Of a DNA stretch of 64,000 nt, positions 39,091 to 52,626 are shown one piece after another. Position 1 is the first letter of the stretch, and each line of letters opens with the position of its first letter. This DNA is from Haliotis rufescens (Eukaryota): NCBI RefSeq assembly GCF_023055435.1, contig NW_025964112.1, positions 37,634,001-37,698,000 of the forward strand. Direction: 5' to 3'. The notes below the pieces were generated by a model. It ran no database searches, was not told the origin of the DNA, and worked only from the letters and a program-made list of their open reading frames with translations. The translations under genes were made by a program, and so were the position numbers.

Positions 39091-41183
39091 ATGAAAGACC
39101 ATCAAATAGCCCCATGCATCAAGGAATTAAGGTTTTCCTTAGGTTTTGCATGTTGGGAATTGGTGTACGAAGTTGGAAAAGTTGTTTTTCTGAGATTGCA
39201 AAAAGTCAAGCAAACTTTGAGCTTTTGAGAACCCATATGGTATGAATTCCACTTGTCTTAAATATTTTCTGTGAAAGAACAGAAAGTCTTTCCATGGTGT
39301 AATTAAGGATTGTGGTTAGACAGGGATTTTGACCTTCTTTCGCTGGACCCAGCAATATATCTCTCTTTGTATGGAACTTTATGTAGCTTTGGAATCCTGT
39401 ACAAAAGACGACTGATAGAACTGATACATGGTTTGTGCAGATATCTTCCTCAGTTAATATATTAGCCTAAAAGGCATCCACCTCAAGACTAGAATGATTT
39501 GGCAAGTCTAGAAAGCCTAACCTCTAGCCTGTAACCGAGCATGGCTCTGGGCTTCATTTGGATATTATTATTTTCATTTTGTAGACATATAGTTTTACGT
39601 AAATAACTTTATTTGTCGGACTTAATGTTAGTCTAACGATCAGTGTGTGAGTGGGTGCAATTTTACGCACGTTTGGTAATATTCATCAAAATGACGGATG
39701 GGAAGACACTGACAATGAACGTATTCGAGCCCGAGTCTCTGTCGTTTCACTTGGCTACTCGCCCCACAAACCGTCACTGTAGGCAACAGTCGGGTTGCCT
39801 CTGAACAAAGGTCATCAGTGACATCTGTAGGGTTCATTAACGCTGACATGCTTCATTTCGAATCGTGTAACAGAAGCCATTCAATAACGTACACTGCGTC
39901 AACACCTAGCGATAACTATTATTACTCGTCTTTATGTGCGCTCACCTTCAAACGAGAAAATCGCAAATTATCATGATTTCGTCAAATGTCAGTCACGAGA
40001 GATTAAGTGTTCCATGTCATTACATCATGCGTATTACGTCATCACTTATGGTGCAGTTTCACACGAAAATGGCCGTAAGTAAATAAACCAGCACAGCTGT
40101 TAGGAATGGGCGTTAATGCCAACCGCACGTGCATGACGGAAAGGACGCTGGTGTCAACATCTCCCCCGGGGGGACAGGGTAAATGAGGAACGCTGACTGT
40201 CGAGGAGCATGCTAAATGAGGAGATTTGTGATGAGAAGCAGCCTTTGGGTACTAAAGACTATCTCTCCACGTGAAGGGTGACACGGTGTCGGTCTAAGGC
40301 CAGTCATAATCTCCAGCGTCTCTCAACGGCTTACTTCATCACAACTCTACGACATCTAAATTAGAATCATGTAATGTAGTGTGATAACGTAAATGATTTT
40401 TTATGAATAAAAAAATCGCAACTATCATTATTTGGGATCAGCTGGGTCTTGCCATATATCTGTGCGATACAGTGTCATCGCCGATGAATTTGTATTAGTC
40501 GATATGCTCAGGTTTGCCCTCATTATATATGTGTTTCAACATACCAGGGCTAAATGGTAGTCACAGGACACCAGGTGCCATCACTCATTTTCCGTGATCC
40601 ATTCATAAAATGTTCACCATTAAGTTGTCTTTTGCGCCCAATGAAATAAATAACTTATTGTTGTCTATCGTTGACGATTATATTTACAAGTTCAGAAAAG
40701 ATGTTGCGAGACGGATAAACGATTGCTAAACGGTAGTCATTTAATTTACCATTTTTGAAAATAAATTGTCATACCTGTAATTAATAATGTAATGCAGTTT
40801 GGTTACGAGCGCCTTCAAACAGATAATTTTAAATTCCCAAATGACGAAATTTACGGTAGTAAAATGGCTTTAAGCCAAGGAGAAAATTGTATTACGTTAC
40901 TCTCTGTTGTTTCTGTTTACATCTTGGGGAAGGGCTGGAAAACGAACATGCTCATGAAGATCAAAGGATGCTGTGTAAATTAGATCTACATTTAAATGTA
41001 TCGTAATGATGCGTTTCCTGACCACATTGGCTCTGTAATTGAATCCGGCGAATTGTGAAACGAGAGACATGGTGATTATTGAAATTCAAAGGGAGGTAAC
41101 CACTTGAGGATTCGAATACCCTTCTGGTCACTGCGGTCAGTTTCGGGTCAGCTCTGTCATGAGTATCAGATTTCTTCTTACAG

Positions 41184-41314
41184 ACCCACGAGGTCTGAAT
41201 CTCATTAAGGGGGACGCTTCCCAAGCGTTGCCCCAAGGGAGGACGTGGCAATTTGATGAAGTGAACAAGATGATTTCATTACCCCCTTTCTCGTCAGAGA
41301 GTCATCTAAGGCCG
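41184..41314 (+). CDS. Possible internal exon (unidentified)
   Basis: tttcttcttacag acceptor, open frame, ccg/gtaact donor. Confidence 0.25.
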
Positions 41315-42107
41315 GTAACTCTTTGTTATGTTCTTAGCGAGGATTCCCAGCACCGTCTTGTAATGTCCATGTTTCTCCATTGAGGGAACACAATACAATG
41401 CAATTTACTCAAACACATCGTTTTATGTATGCTTCGGTCCCATTGCAATTCATCAGTAGTTTGTAGCGACCATCTCTTCTTTATAATAGGAAATTGAATT
41501 ATTGAGTGGTTATTTGATTTACAATATGCTGATGTAGTATTCAATCCTCGGCCATGGGCAACTTCGAGGCATGCATGTCATTTGGGATGCCGGAACGCGA
41601 GAGGAGATTGTTATTAACACAGTCCTAGGCCTGTGGCGTTGTGATATATGAAATACCTGAGGTATTGTTATGGCGCCATGCAAGATGATATGACATTAAC
41701 TGTACTAAACACAGTGTTTATATGAAACTTTGACGTCTATCTGATGTGTTGTCACATTTGTGTATATTGCATTGAGTGTATGTGGAGGTGCGTGATCCTG
41801 TGTACAGCGTACATGTTACAAATCAGGTTAAGGTAAGCAACGTTGGTTGCGGAGAGTAGGTGGATGGGTGAACGTGATGGGCAGCCTGAGTCTTGAGAGA
41901 TTCTAGGGCTTCGGTCCTGCCCCACACTGAAGTACAACTGATGTATGTTACATTATGCATGTGACCAAGTAGCGGAGGGGTACCTGGTAGGATGGGAGCC
42001 TCACAGACAGCTTCTGTTGTATACTCCCCAGGGAGATAGAATGAACATCGAGGGCATCTTGATCGTGACCGGGTAAGAATGGTTTCTCGCTTTGAGCAAA
42101 CACTATT

Positions 42108-42147
<40 letters not shown>

Positions 42148-42374
42148 GAAACTTTGACGTCCACCCGAGCTAATGTAGTGGCGCCTTTATCATGTTTATA
42201 CAGACAATCCAAAACTGTATACGTACTTACCATGTGTCAATTTATATGAGGTTGGTCATGTTAAATGGGGTTTACCGTCGCCTTTATAGATTATTTCACC
42301 AATACAGCGATTTAATTGCATGTGTGTGGATGTGGGGTGTGGTGGGGGTGGGATAGTACAAATACGGACTTTAC

Positions 42375-42545
42375 CCTGACTCCGAGCCGACCAATCCTAG
42401 TTTTATCTCCTTAATACTGAACCGGCAGTCCAGACAGGGCATCAATACAATTTTAAACGTCATTTGGTAAGACGCGGCCAGGGATCGAACCATCGACATC
42501 AACTCTTCGGGTAGACACACTAGCCACGAGACCACGGAGGCGGTC
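42375..42545 (-). mobile_element. SINE family B (degenerate)
   Basis: homology to other copies. Confidence 0.7.
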
Positions 42546-42554
42546 GACGTCTCG

Positions 42555-42641
42555 CATCTTCCCGAGGCAAGAGAGTTAACTGACTTTCAAAGTCCAGTTT
42601 CCACTTTTATAGTCAGTTAACTCTCTTGCCTCGGGAAGATG
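42555..42641. mobile_element. 87-bp palindromic MITE (catcttcccgaggcaag TIR family)
   Basis: TIR-only deletion derivative; TSD (g)acgtctcg. Confidence 0.88.
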
Positions 42642-43796
42642 ACGTCTCGAGGTATTGTAACGTACATAATAACGCTACAGACAATCTAACACTGCACTAA
42701 ACATATGATACATTGATGCAGACAGAGCGTGTATCTTTGATGATTCACTCATGTTAACGTTGATTACGATGATGATGGTGATGATGATGATGATGATGTT
42801 GCAGATTAAACGAGCGCTTCCGGTGTTGCCGATTTCGCAATATATTATATAAAAAAGTTTTTGAAGGTTTAGAAAGGGATATAAGCGATTACTCAATAAT
42901 AATGGGGTTATTTTGGAATAGGGGCCTTAAAAGTAGTTGATTACGGGTGGAATAGAAACCCGACTACAATGAGGAATGCGTCTATCTAACCGGCCTGTGT
43001 CCCAGCCGATCCCGACAGATGTTCATGCTATCAACCACCAGTCCGCATGGCCCTAACTCATTCATACAAACAGCTGGCATATTACTGACTATGACCTAAA
43101 ACAACCTTCATTTTCATTTTTTCAAATCTTAAATAACTATTATTATTAACTATATTAAGTTTTAGATATATTAAGATACGCTGACATATTAAAAGTATAG
43201 TTGATTTAATTATGTTTTCAAAAACTTCACACGAGAGAAATACAAGATGTGTGTTTAAACAATCTTAATTAACCCATGCAGGGACACATTTATAATAACC
43301 AAAATAAAAAATATCAGCTTTAGATGTAAATCAAATCCTTTCACAAAATGAAGTTATTGTATGTTTATAGAGCTTAAAGTGATCAAGATTGAAGGATAAT
43401 GAAGATTGTTGAAGTTCCAGTCAAACAAGTCGATTTTATGCATGTTAAACTAACTATTTTGAACAAAGTTAAGTTCAAACAAGTCAGATAACAAGAAAAC
43501 AGATGGGGAAAAACCGGTCGGTCACTGGCGCCATGTTGAGCTTGATGGAAAGATGTCATTTAAAGAATGCCTTCAAAGCAAGAGGATATAACGCCAACAT
43601 CTTCCCTTCATTCCAGTGATTAGCCAGGACACCATCTAGATTATGCTGTATTAAGCAAACAACAACAATCTCCCATCCGCCATTACCGTGCCTCCATTTC
43701 CGGTTTTCCACCTGCCGTGGATATCAGTCGGCATGAGATCAAAGAACGTCTAATGGTCACGTGATAACTCCCGCCACCTTAAGACGGCTTTTATAG

Positions 43797-44294
43797 GTTC
43801 TTGGAAACCTTTTGGTGTGTTCATCATCCTGTTTACTGCCATTAGGCTATAGTATTACCTGGCTCTGTGCCTTGTAATTTCTGCTGGTTGAATTAAGGTT
43901 GCAAATGTTCGACTGTTGTAATGGCCGCTGGGGTTTCGTGCTCGACAAGGCTCAGGCTTCTATTGATGGCTTTAATGACAGTGGTGGTGTAACAATTTAA
44001 CTTTGATGTCTGGAACTTGGTGAAAGTTTTTAAGTTGTGAATGCAAGGTACCAACAGCCACAGTGGTGAAGGACAAAAGTTGGAACTGGAATAGCGGATG
44101 CCAGACTGGTGCCCTTTCTTGTAACTTTGCCATTCTGCCGAGGCATTTGTTATATCCATATGTGCCATTACATAACGAATGGATGTATGATCGAGATATG
44201 TTTCACAAGCGTTGGGTTCGCCAGGCTGATAGTGGGTTGGAAGACACGCAGATTTCGATTTAGCTCGGTTTACCCACCGGAGTGCAATTGTTAA
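43797..44294 (+). pseudogene. Best-preserved cystine-knot-like paralogue (frameshifted 5' part)
   Basis: GVFIILFTAI hydrophobic segment; SCEC; open C-terminal frame PFLVTLPFCRGICYIHMCHYITNGC-x32-CNC-stop. Confidence 0.55.
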
Positions 44295-44320
44295 GCTGAT
44301 TCCTGTTGTAATCCACAGCT

Positions 44321-44525
44321 TAGTCTTGCTCCAAGGCTGTACTGAATGACAAGTCCATGCAGATATGCGTGTAAAGTAGTTACATCTTTATATCCTTATA
44401 ATAGGCAAGTCTAGATAAGCGGAAAGAACAGGCGCCCTTAAAGGGACAACTTGTTCATATTTTTTATAATCTAGAAATTAATATTTAAATTAATAATTAT
44501 TGCCTTAGAGATGTGTGCAAGTCTA
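44321..44525. mobile_element. AcademH-like non-autonomous element, subfamily 2
   Basis: TAG..CTA ends; TSD tccacagct / accacagct. Confidence 0.78.
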
Positions 44526-44861
44526 ACCACAGCTGTATGACTGCGCAAAAAATGCGGTGTATCCACTCACTCACTCACTCACTCACACACTCGTTCAATC
44601 ACTCACTCACTCGCTCACTCGCTCTCTGACTCACCCACCGCGAGAAGGGTATGGTCTATACCCTGGTCTATTTTTTCCTGTTTTTCACCGCCGCTGTATG
44701 GCGGTTGTACAGTCTGTATGTTTGCATACACTGCCAAATTAAAGTCCTGAACTAAAAATATATTCACAGCAAATTAGTTATCTTCCAAATAATAATAATA
44801 ATAAGCATTCTAATCACCATGTTTTAACACCGCCACGGATACCTTTAACATGTGGCTATAT

Positions 44862-45006
44862 TGACGCCGCTTTTAGCAATAATCCAGCAATATCACGCTG
44901 GGGACACCAGAAACGGGCTCCACTCATTGTACCAATGCGGGGAAACGAACCCGGGTCTTCGGCGCGACAAGCGAACACTTTAACCACTAGGCTACACCGA
45001 CCGCCT
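44862..45006 (-). mobile_element. tRNA-derived SINE family A
   Basis: homology; a degenerate family C copy follows at about 45025-45215. Confidence 0.85.
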
Positions 45007-46869
45007 CAGTAATAATGAAATTCACCTCTGTGTAAATTCCGGGCCAGAATAGGTTCCAAGTATCTCGCGCTTGTCTAAAAGCCGACTATGGACAGCGCTT
45101 GGTCAGGCTGACTGCGAGTCATCCTACCCCAATCGCGTAGATCGTTTCTCTGGTTTGCCTGGGCCAGACATACGCATTTATAGGCCACCGGGATATAGCT
45201 GGAGTTAAACAACACTCACCCACTCAATAAAGAACATCGGCGGGATTAGTAAATTAAGGCTTTTTGCTGCAGGATTGTGTTACCGACAAATAAAAAATGA
45301 GGTCACGATCAATATGTTCTTCGCTTGTGGACCTTTGTCGGTCGTAAGATGTACCTGTTTTTGTAGCATCTCATGACAAACACATTTCAACATATGAACA
45401 TTTTTGAGTTGGGTCTGGGTCGGTATATCTCAGTCACTTGCATGAGTTTCCCACCAAAGTGGGGCTAATTATCCCACGAGGGTAACGTAATCCGTTCAAA
45501 ATGGCGTCTCAACGTCATTCACTGCGGAACAGCTGGGCGGCCATGATGGACCGAAGGATCTGTCATGAACCCGACATAAATCAAGCTAAAACGACGCGAA
45601 ATGAACCCCCAAAACGACTGTTCCCTGCTATTACAGCGTCTGTCCCTGACGGGCTTGGAGATGTATGTTGTCTTGTAAGATGATAGGGTCCACTTTCTTC
45701 TGATTAGCCAAGATAATGGCAATCATTGGCGCTCAAGGATCTGTGCTAATCATGTCGCATTTATTCTATGCTCTTATACAAATCTGACAAAGCGTCTGTG
45801 TGTTTACTAAAACCACACTCATTATTTGGAATGTCTGACAAGGTCAAAGCATGTTCCCTGTTGTAAGACTTCATCACCTCGTAAAGTACAAGCGTGTCGC
45901 GAGCACAAGGAAAACTAGGCTTGTCCGGGAAGCGGAATACAATTGGAAATTGCAAAGTCACAATCCCAATTTTTTCGTGATATTTTTCCATCATCAATAT
46001 TGTTTGTCTGCAGGGAGTTCTAAAATACGCCCTGGAAGTGATGTTGAATAGTTTATTACATCAATCTGACTAACTGAAATGAGACATGACTCACATTTCC
46101 TGGAAAAGCAGGATTATTCGTGTAATGAAATAAACATGTTCGGCAATACTGGGAATATTGTAAATAACCTTTATCACGACCTTCAGATATATGCCCCTCA
46201 ATTCCACGTTGGCTCTCTATCATCTGATTGTATTGACAAAGCCTATATCGTTCGTTGACAAATGACTTAATGTCATGTGTTAGCGCTTACATACAGTCCC
46301 CTGTTTGACGGAAGCTGGACAATGGAATTCTGCCTATGCCAATCAGAACGGTCAGTCAAAGACTGCTCTTGGAATTATTCAGTAATGGTTTCAGCATTTG
46401 CAGAATGGTAGCACGACGACTGCTGTATCTAATCTGATCATATGAGAAAGTTGTTGTGTTGCCTAGCGATCTTCTCCCAGATCAATACATGACTTTGACA
46501 GGTGCTCTGAGATTGACAACCGACATGATACAGAACACGTGTAGCGAATATTAATATTCAAACCATCATGGATGCCTCTGACACAGACAACGATATTCAA
46601 TACCACTGGAAAAGAAACAGAAACGTTGGCGAGGTCGTATGATGCATTGAATAAAAATTGTATATGTGTCTTATAGCCAGGAGAACATTATTCCAATATT
46701 AACAAACAAAAAATAACAATATTGAAATTAGATTATAAAGCTATGCTATATAAATAATGTGTTTGATCATAAACAAACCTAAAAACGTTCCCTTGTAGTT
46801 AAAGCGCTTTTTGAGGCCTAAATATGGTAAGAATTGTGTTGTAAATGTCAACATTTTTAACTAAACGAG

Positions 46870-47400
46870 TTTAGAACCAAAGTATGTTTAGGACTGGTAT
46901 TACTCTTAGCTACGATCAGCATAGTTGTTCTGCGATGACCAGGAAGGATGAAGCCAGAAGAAGTTTCACAGTATACTCCAGTGCAGTTCGCAGAAAATGT
47001 CCCTATCTGGAAGGGTCTTGTTTGGTAATAAGACTGCCAGCAGATCAGTAAGGAACGTGCGGTCAGCAGAGAGTCCAGAATTCCTCGCCCTTTGCCGAGC
47101 TTGACACACGCTAGTATCATTTAACTACGAACCGGTGCCCAACAGAGTAGCTATGTTTGCGTCGCAAACATATTGTATTCCCTTGAAACATCTCCAATCT
47201 GGCCAAAATTGACCCACTGTCTAATAGATTGTGACAGGCACTTGCTGAGGTATTAGAATACTTGAGTTCCACAAACTTTCTGCAATTTGCATAAGAGTAA
47301 ATTGCACAGCATAAACAAGAAGCGTTTTCAAGTTAAATGTCAGTTCAATAATTACATCTCTAAAATCTGTGACGTGTGATCCATTCACATAATTTACATC
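46870..47400 (+). pseudogene. Decayed secreted cystine-knot-like paralogue
   Basis: KVCLGLVLLLATISIVVL signal-like; RNVR/SA at 47051; CRA[stop]; LIDCD(+1 nt)GTC at 47230-47245; ICIRVNC; DPFT about 31 codons later. Confidence 0.45.
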
Positions 47401-47961
47401 ACTATTTTGCCTGTTACGCCCATGGAATCTGTTTGGGTAGCTAATGGGGACTGATTATTCTCTGGCGTTGACTTTTTTTCTATTTTGCATACTGATTATC
47501 AAGGTCAGTTTGACACCATCAATAATAACAGCATTGAGAATGTTAATGTGTTTACAAATTTGGCTTGAAAATATGATTATTAAACATGATTATGTAATAG
47601 AGCCCTTAAACACATGAAAATGTTTTTACAAATTGATCTTCAATGATCTACACGATGTCATTACCCAATGGTAGTATTTATTTCCTCAATGCTCTTATTG
47701 ACTCTGAAACTGCTCAAAGCTCCCCAACTCGAGGCTCATAATGCAATGACATACGGACTGACACGACAGTAGATCTGCTGACCAGGTTCTACAACACCAA
47801 GTCAGAATCACCTTTCTCAACGAGCAGGTTTCGCGCGGCCATCAGTGAGGACTCATCTGGCAGCCGTGATTAGATGAAAATCTTTATGTTTTTGAAATAG
47901 ATTCCATCCAGTAATTAAAACGGACCATGTTTTTTTCTATATTTAGTGTTGTTTTTTCAAG

Positions 47962-48120
47962 ATGATGACTTATGCTGAATGTGACCACAGATATTTTCAA
48001 GCAAGTGACATTTGGTGCGGAACTAGGGTTTTGCTTCCTGTACTCGGAAAAGAAGCTGGAAAAGCTGGTCCATTTTGTGTTTTTATTGGTGCTTTTAGGC
48101 CAGACGGCACACATGTACAG
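47962..48120 (+). CDS. Probable exon (159 nt; frame ambiguous)
   Basis: ttttttcaag acceptor, cag/gtaata donor; two open frames, one with hydrophobic LVHFVFLLVLLG. Confidence 0.4.
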
Positions 48121-48156
48121 GTAATAGCTGTTGAAAAAATATAACGTTATTGTATA

Positions 48157-48331
48157 CAGTAAAATACGTTTATAACGAACACGTTTATAACGAACTGACG
48201 GATATTACGAACCTAATGTTTGGTCCCCGCCATTTGCTGTATGGATGTTGTATGTATGCTTATAACGAACTACGGTTATAACGAACTTAAATAAGTGGTC
48301 CATTTGAGTTCGTCATAACCGTAGTTCACTG
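48157..48331. mobile_element. Tigger/pogo-type MITE (CAGT ends, TA TSD, internal ttataacgaac repeats)
   Basis: TIRs and TA flanks; copies at 48815-48990 and 56223-56410. Confidence 0.8.
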
Positions 48332-48814
48332 TATATAGAAGTATGTGGGAAAACATTTGGTTGTGTCAAAGACGTTTATACGTGTTTGGTTGTGTGTAAT
48401 CTAAAGGAGGTTTCGTACTTCCATCGACTTCTCCCAACGATTGACCGCTCGCAGAGCTCTCTATATACTACCGCTGCCTCCAGTCACAACTCTCCAGTGT
48501 GCTGGCTTGGCGCCCTACAACTATGCAATGAGATGCACTCGCCATCGCCTGACCGCTGTGTTTACAAACATGTCTTGACTGTCATGACTTCTCCCAACTA
48601 AATTATTTTGTTTGTCTGTCAATTTCCATTTCATTTCAACTGTCACGTAATTAGTACAGTGAGAATGTAAGGGGGCAGGTGGGTGCTTTTCAGTTCGTCT
48701 GCAATCTCGAACCAATCTTATTAAACACACAAATGTACATTCATCTGGGTAATAGTAATTGAGTCAGTCGTAAACCTTTTCAAAGTTCACTTTGATGGCA
48801 TTCCCGCAGACATA

Positions 48815-48990
48815 CGGTAAAATACGTTGATAACGAACATGCTTATAACGAACTAACCGATGTTACGAACTTAATTTTTGTATCCCCGTCATTTGCCGTA
48901 CACATGTTGTATTATGCTTATTGTATAACTACGGTTATAACGAAATTAAACTAGTGGTCAGTTTAAGTTCGTTATAACCGTAGTTTACCA
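48815..48990. mobile_element. Tigger/pogo-type MITE
   Basis: homologous to 48157-48331. Confidence 0.78.
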
Positions 48991-49072
48991 TACACAAAAA
49001 TATACATATCGCTACATCAGAGGTTTGAGGATAATTTTCAAGATTCTCGTAATGGCCGCATGCACACTGGTG

Positions 49073-49112
<40 letters not shown>

Positions 49113-49499
49113 GTAACCAAGGTGTGTGTGGCCGCTTGTACTAGTCCGGATTAATGAAGACTCTATATTGTGCCCGCCAGCTGAGATACCGTGATGCACT
49201 CCACTCAGACGCATCATACTAAGTCCGAGCCCTTGTTTTGCCCCCATAATACCGACCTGTTGATTAAGCCTGTTTGATCTTACTTTATCTATCAGTTTTC
49301 AATACAGATAACCTATAAACAAAGAACAACATTACTATGGAACACATTGTACCGACAGTGACCAACGTCTTTACACATTGTATTATTGAAACTACATAAT
49401 CGGGCGTCTGAGAACCATCAGCTGTTGTACAATGATCATATTGCATTCGAATACCACGATATGTGTTTGAATTTAGGCAACTGTTCTTTACTTATCTCA

Positions 49500-50430
49500 C
49501 TGCGTGTCAAAGTTATTTGAAAGGGAAGCTGGAAGTGACGACGTTCACAGATGATTAATTCATTCGTTAAAGCAAAGAGTCCGGGTATATTACCCCGAGA
49601 GGTAAACCATGACCAGTGGATCCTGACACGACTAAGGGACGCAACTCCACACGACGAATTGCTGGCCAATTATCCCCGATACCACAAATACCTTCATAAG
49701 ACAAAGGCATATGCATGTATGAAATAATCCCTGTAAATGCGCCTGTGTGATGGCTAACAACAATGAACAAAAGCGACAAATCCCTTTACATAATTGCATG
49801 TCCATTACCATTGAGACCCGTGAAGTTTGGGGTTAGACTAGGTCTTCAGCAACCCATGCTTGCCGTGAAAGGCGACTAACTTGATCGGGTGGTCAGGCTG
49901 ACTTGGTTGATGCATGTCATCGTATCCCAATGGCATGGATCGATGCTCAGGATGTCAATCACTGGATTGTCCGGTCCAGACTCGATTATATACATATCGC
50001 CGTCATTTAGCTGGCATATTGCGGCGTTAAACAACAAATAAACAAAAAAACAATTCCGACCATATCATATGCATGTGTTTATGAATCACTCTCACATATT
50101 GATGACACCAAGGAAAGGTGACCGTATCCTGCCCGCTGGCAAGTCTGAAAAAACAAATGGGAACGTATGGTAGATGTCTTAATAATTGCTTCGGACATTA
50201 TTCTTGTCGCTGATGCGTCAACTTTGAAACCCCTATCTTATGTCCCATTGTTCTTGACACAATCATTGTAATATAATCGTTACAGTTGCGTCCGGTCTGT
50301 AACAATGGGTTATGTAACACGAAACAAACGCAAGTCATTTGACAAATATAACTATTATGTCCTTCCAAAAGGTCAAGGACGGTCAGCATGATGCACAGAA
50401 GGTCCTGGACTCTTTCATGGAAGGTCATTT
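49500..50430 (-). pseudogene. Decayed secreted cystine-knot-like paralogue split by a SINE
   Basis: LLCIMLTVLDLLEG; RIRS; TCI[stop]YG; beyond the SINE, MPLS[Y]EGICGIGDN[W] (49684-49698) and SCVP*SC. Confidence 0.45.
49815..50050 (+). mobile_element. SINE-like family C, full length
   Basis: starts gacccgtgaag; (aaac) tail. Confidence 0.88.
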
Positions 50431-50844
50431 GTCTGCCAAACTGATTGTATTACTTACAGACGTGCATATGATAAATTATTACCGATTTAGCGCTCGTAAA
50501 CTCTCCTGGTAGTTGAACTCGACACGGGCATTTGGTTGTTAGTAGAGATTCAAGCCGGTTGGTATTATCAAAATGGAAGGGTTGTGTTTGTCGATTCACT
50601 AAGGAGTAGTTATTTGATAAGGTATCTCGTGGGAAACATCATTTCCACCATTAGAGTTGATTAATAAGCTCATAATGAAAGGCACAGGGGTAATCTTGCT
50701 CTGCATGCATTCCAACAAACTCTAAATAACCGGAAAACAGAAAGGTTTGTAACGCATAAACACACTTTACAGCAGAGTTCAGGACGGCAACGATGACAGA
50801 ACACACCGGGGTCTGTTATGTGTATATGTTTTGCAGCTTGCTTT

Positions 50845-51016
50845 TGTTTGTTTGTTTGTTGTTTAACGCCGCACTCAGCAATATTGCAGCTATATGACGG
50901 CGGTCTGTAAATAATCGAGTCTGGACCAGACGATTCAGTGATTGACATCATGAGCATCGATCCACGCGATTGGGATCGATGACATGTGTCAACCAAGTCA
51001 GCGAGCCTGACCACCC
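50845..51016 (-). mobile_element. SINE-like family C, 3' part
   Basis: homology to other copies. Confidence 0.88.
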
Positions 51017-51050
51017 ATCATGACTATTCTCAAACGTAACCCGACGTTCA

Positions 51051-51082
<32 letters not shown>

Positions 51083-51361
51083 AACACTCACACAATCACT
51101 CACTCATATGTAGGATCGGTCTTTGGATCATCACGTATCACGTATATATTCTTAATAATATAAATATTTCAAAATTCATGTAGACTCAATCCCATCTAAT
51201 CAGAGATCATTAAAATACAGCTTTTATAATATTTAGACTGTTTCATATTTTATTGGGAAACACAGGCGGTCAATTGTGTCGAAAGTGCTGCAATTCGCTG
51301 TGCAGAATTCTATCGTTGTAATCTTGCATCACTTCGGACTATTCTGCCTCATCAAGGTCAC

Positions 51362-51514
51362 NNNNNNNNNNNNNNNNNNNNNNNNNNNNNNNNNNNNNNN
51401 NNNNNNNNNNNNNNNNNNNNNNNNNNNNNNNNNNNNNNNNNNNNNNNNNNNNNNNNNNNNNNNNNNNNNNNNNNNNNNNNNNNNNNNNNNNNNNNNNNNN
51501 NNNNNNNNNNNNNN
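51362..51514. other. Assembly gap (153 N)
   Basis: run of N. Confidence 1.
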
Positions 51515-51877
51515 GCTGACCAGTCCTTGTTTCAGCCCCTGTAGCAAGTACATACTTGTAACATATTCATTCCAGGTGGCTTGGGTTAGGTTTAGGAATT
51601 GGTTTTTAATGTGCTGTCCTTGATGTTTGACTTCCACACTTTAACATGAAATATATTTTAACTGTGTATGTATACCTATGTATATCATATTATCGCTGAT
51701 CAGGCTATATGCATGCACAGTCCTCGGTCTGCCTACAAAGTCAAGGTGGACCAACATTCAAATCTGATGGTTCAGTTAGCGGTGTGCCATTATGAGAGAT
51801 GTGCATGGTATGGTTGGGAAGGGGACAGAGTCAATTACACCCATTGACTAATTTCAAAAATGCATTATGTAGAACAT

Positions 51878-51930
51878 GAGGTGAGGTGAAATTGGGTTTA
51901 ACGTCGCGTCCAAGATGATTGCACTTATAT

Positions 51931-52006
<76 letters not shown>

Positions 52007-52070
52007 CCGACCAGTCATTGTTTTAGCCCCTTAATGCCTAGCGCCAGGCAGGGTAACAACAAGTATTATC
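51878..52070 (-). mobile_element. SINE family B remnant with expanded (TG)n at about 51934-52003
   Basis: tail and core flank the microsatellite. Confidence 0.8.
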
Positions 52071-52626
52071 TTGTGGTTGTGGTGTTTCAATCACAACAGG
52101 CTATTTATGTGTACTAGTGAGTTGGTGACACTCATACTTAGGTGTACACGAGAATCTATACTACCGGGCAATAGAAAGTATTACACTTGACAATTGGATT
52201 TGACCAAAAATGTACAAACGTTATCAAAACGTTACTCTGGCGGAAACAGTCGCCGAAACATAGCAAACTTAAGGTCAAAACACAAATGTGATGCCCGGAT
52301 CAAATACACCACCGTCGATTAGCCATTAATAATTTGTTACACCTTGAGCCACCTTCAAACATGAATTTCTATGGCCAAGACACTGGGACTATAATTCAAA
52401 GTATCTTTCTTTATTTCAAATATACCTGTTTGTAGCTTCATGAAAATAATATTGTTTTACCAATTTAATTCATTTCGGCCTCCTTCCCTCTATCTTGGTT
52501 GTAATTTCAATCCAAAAGAATTTTAAACATTCAAGACCCCTATAAACATTGTTCGTTTCTCTCAGTCATGATTGCACTCGGATGTTTAATAGTTTAAACT
52601 AAAGACTGTACAGACGTGAAAACTAA

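Noticed and set aside
49075-49111. Poly-G tract as a functional G-quadruplex or poly-Pro ORF
   Set aside because: Homopolymer next to a decayed SINE; length may be a sequencing artefact
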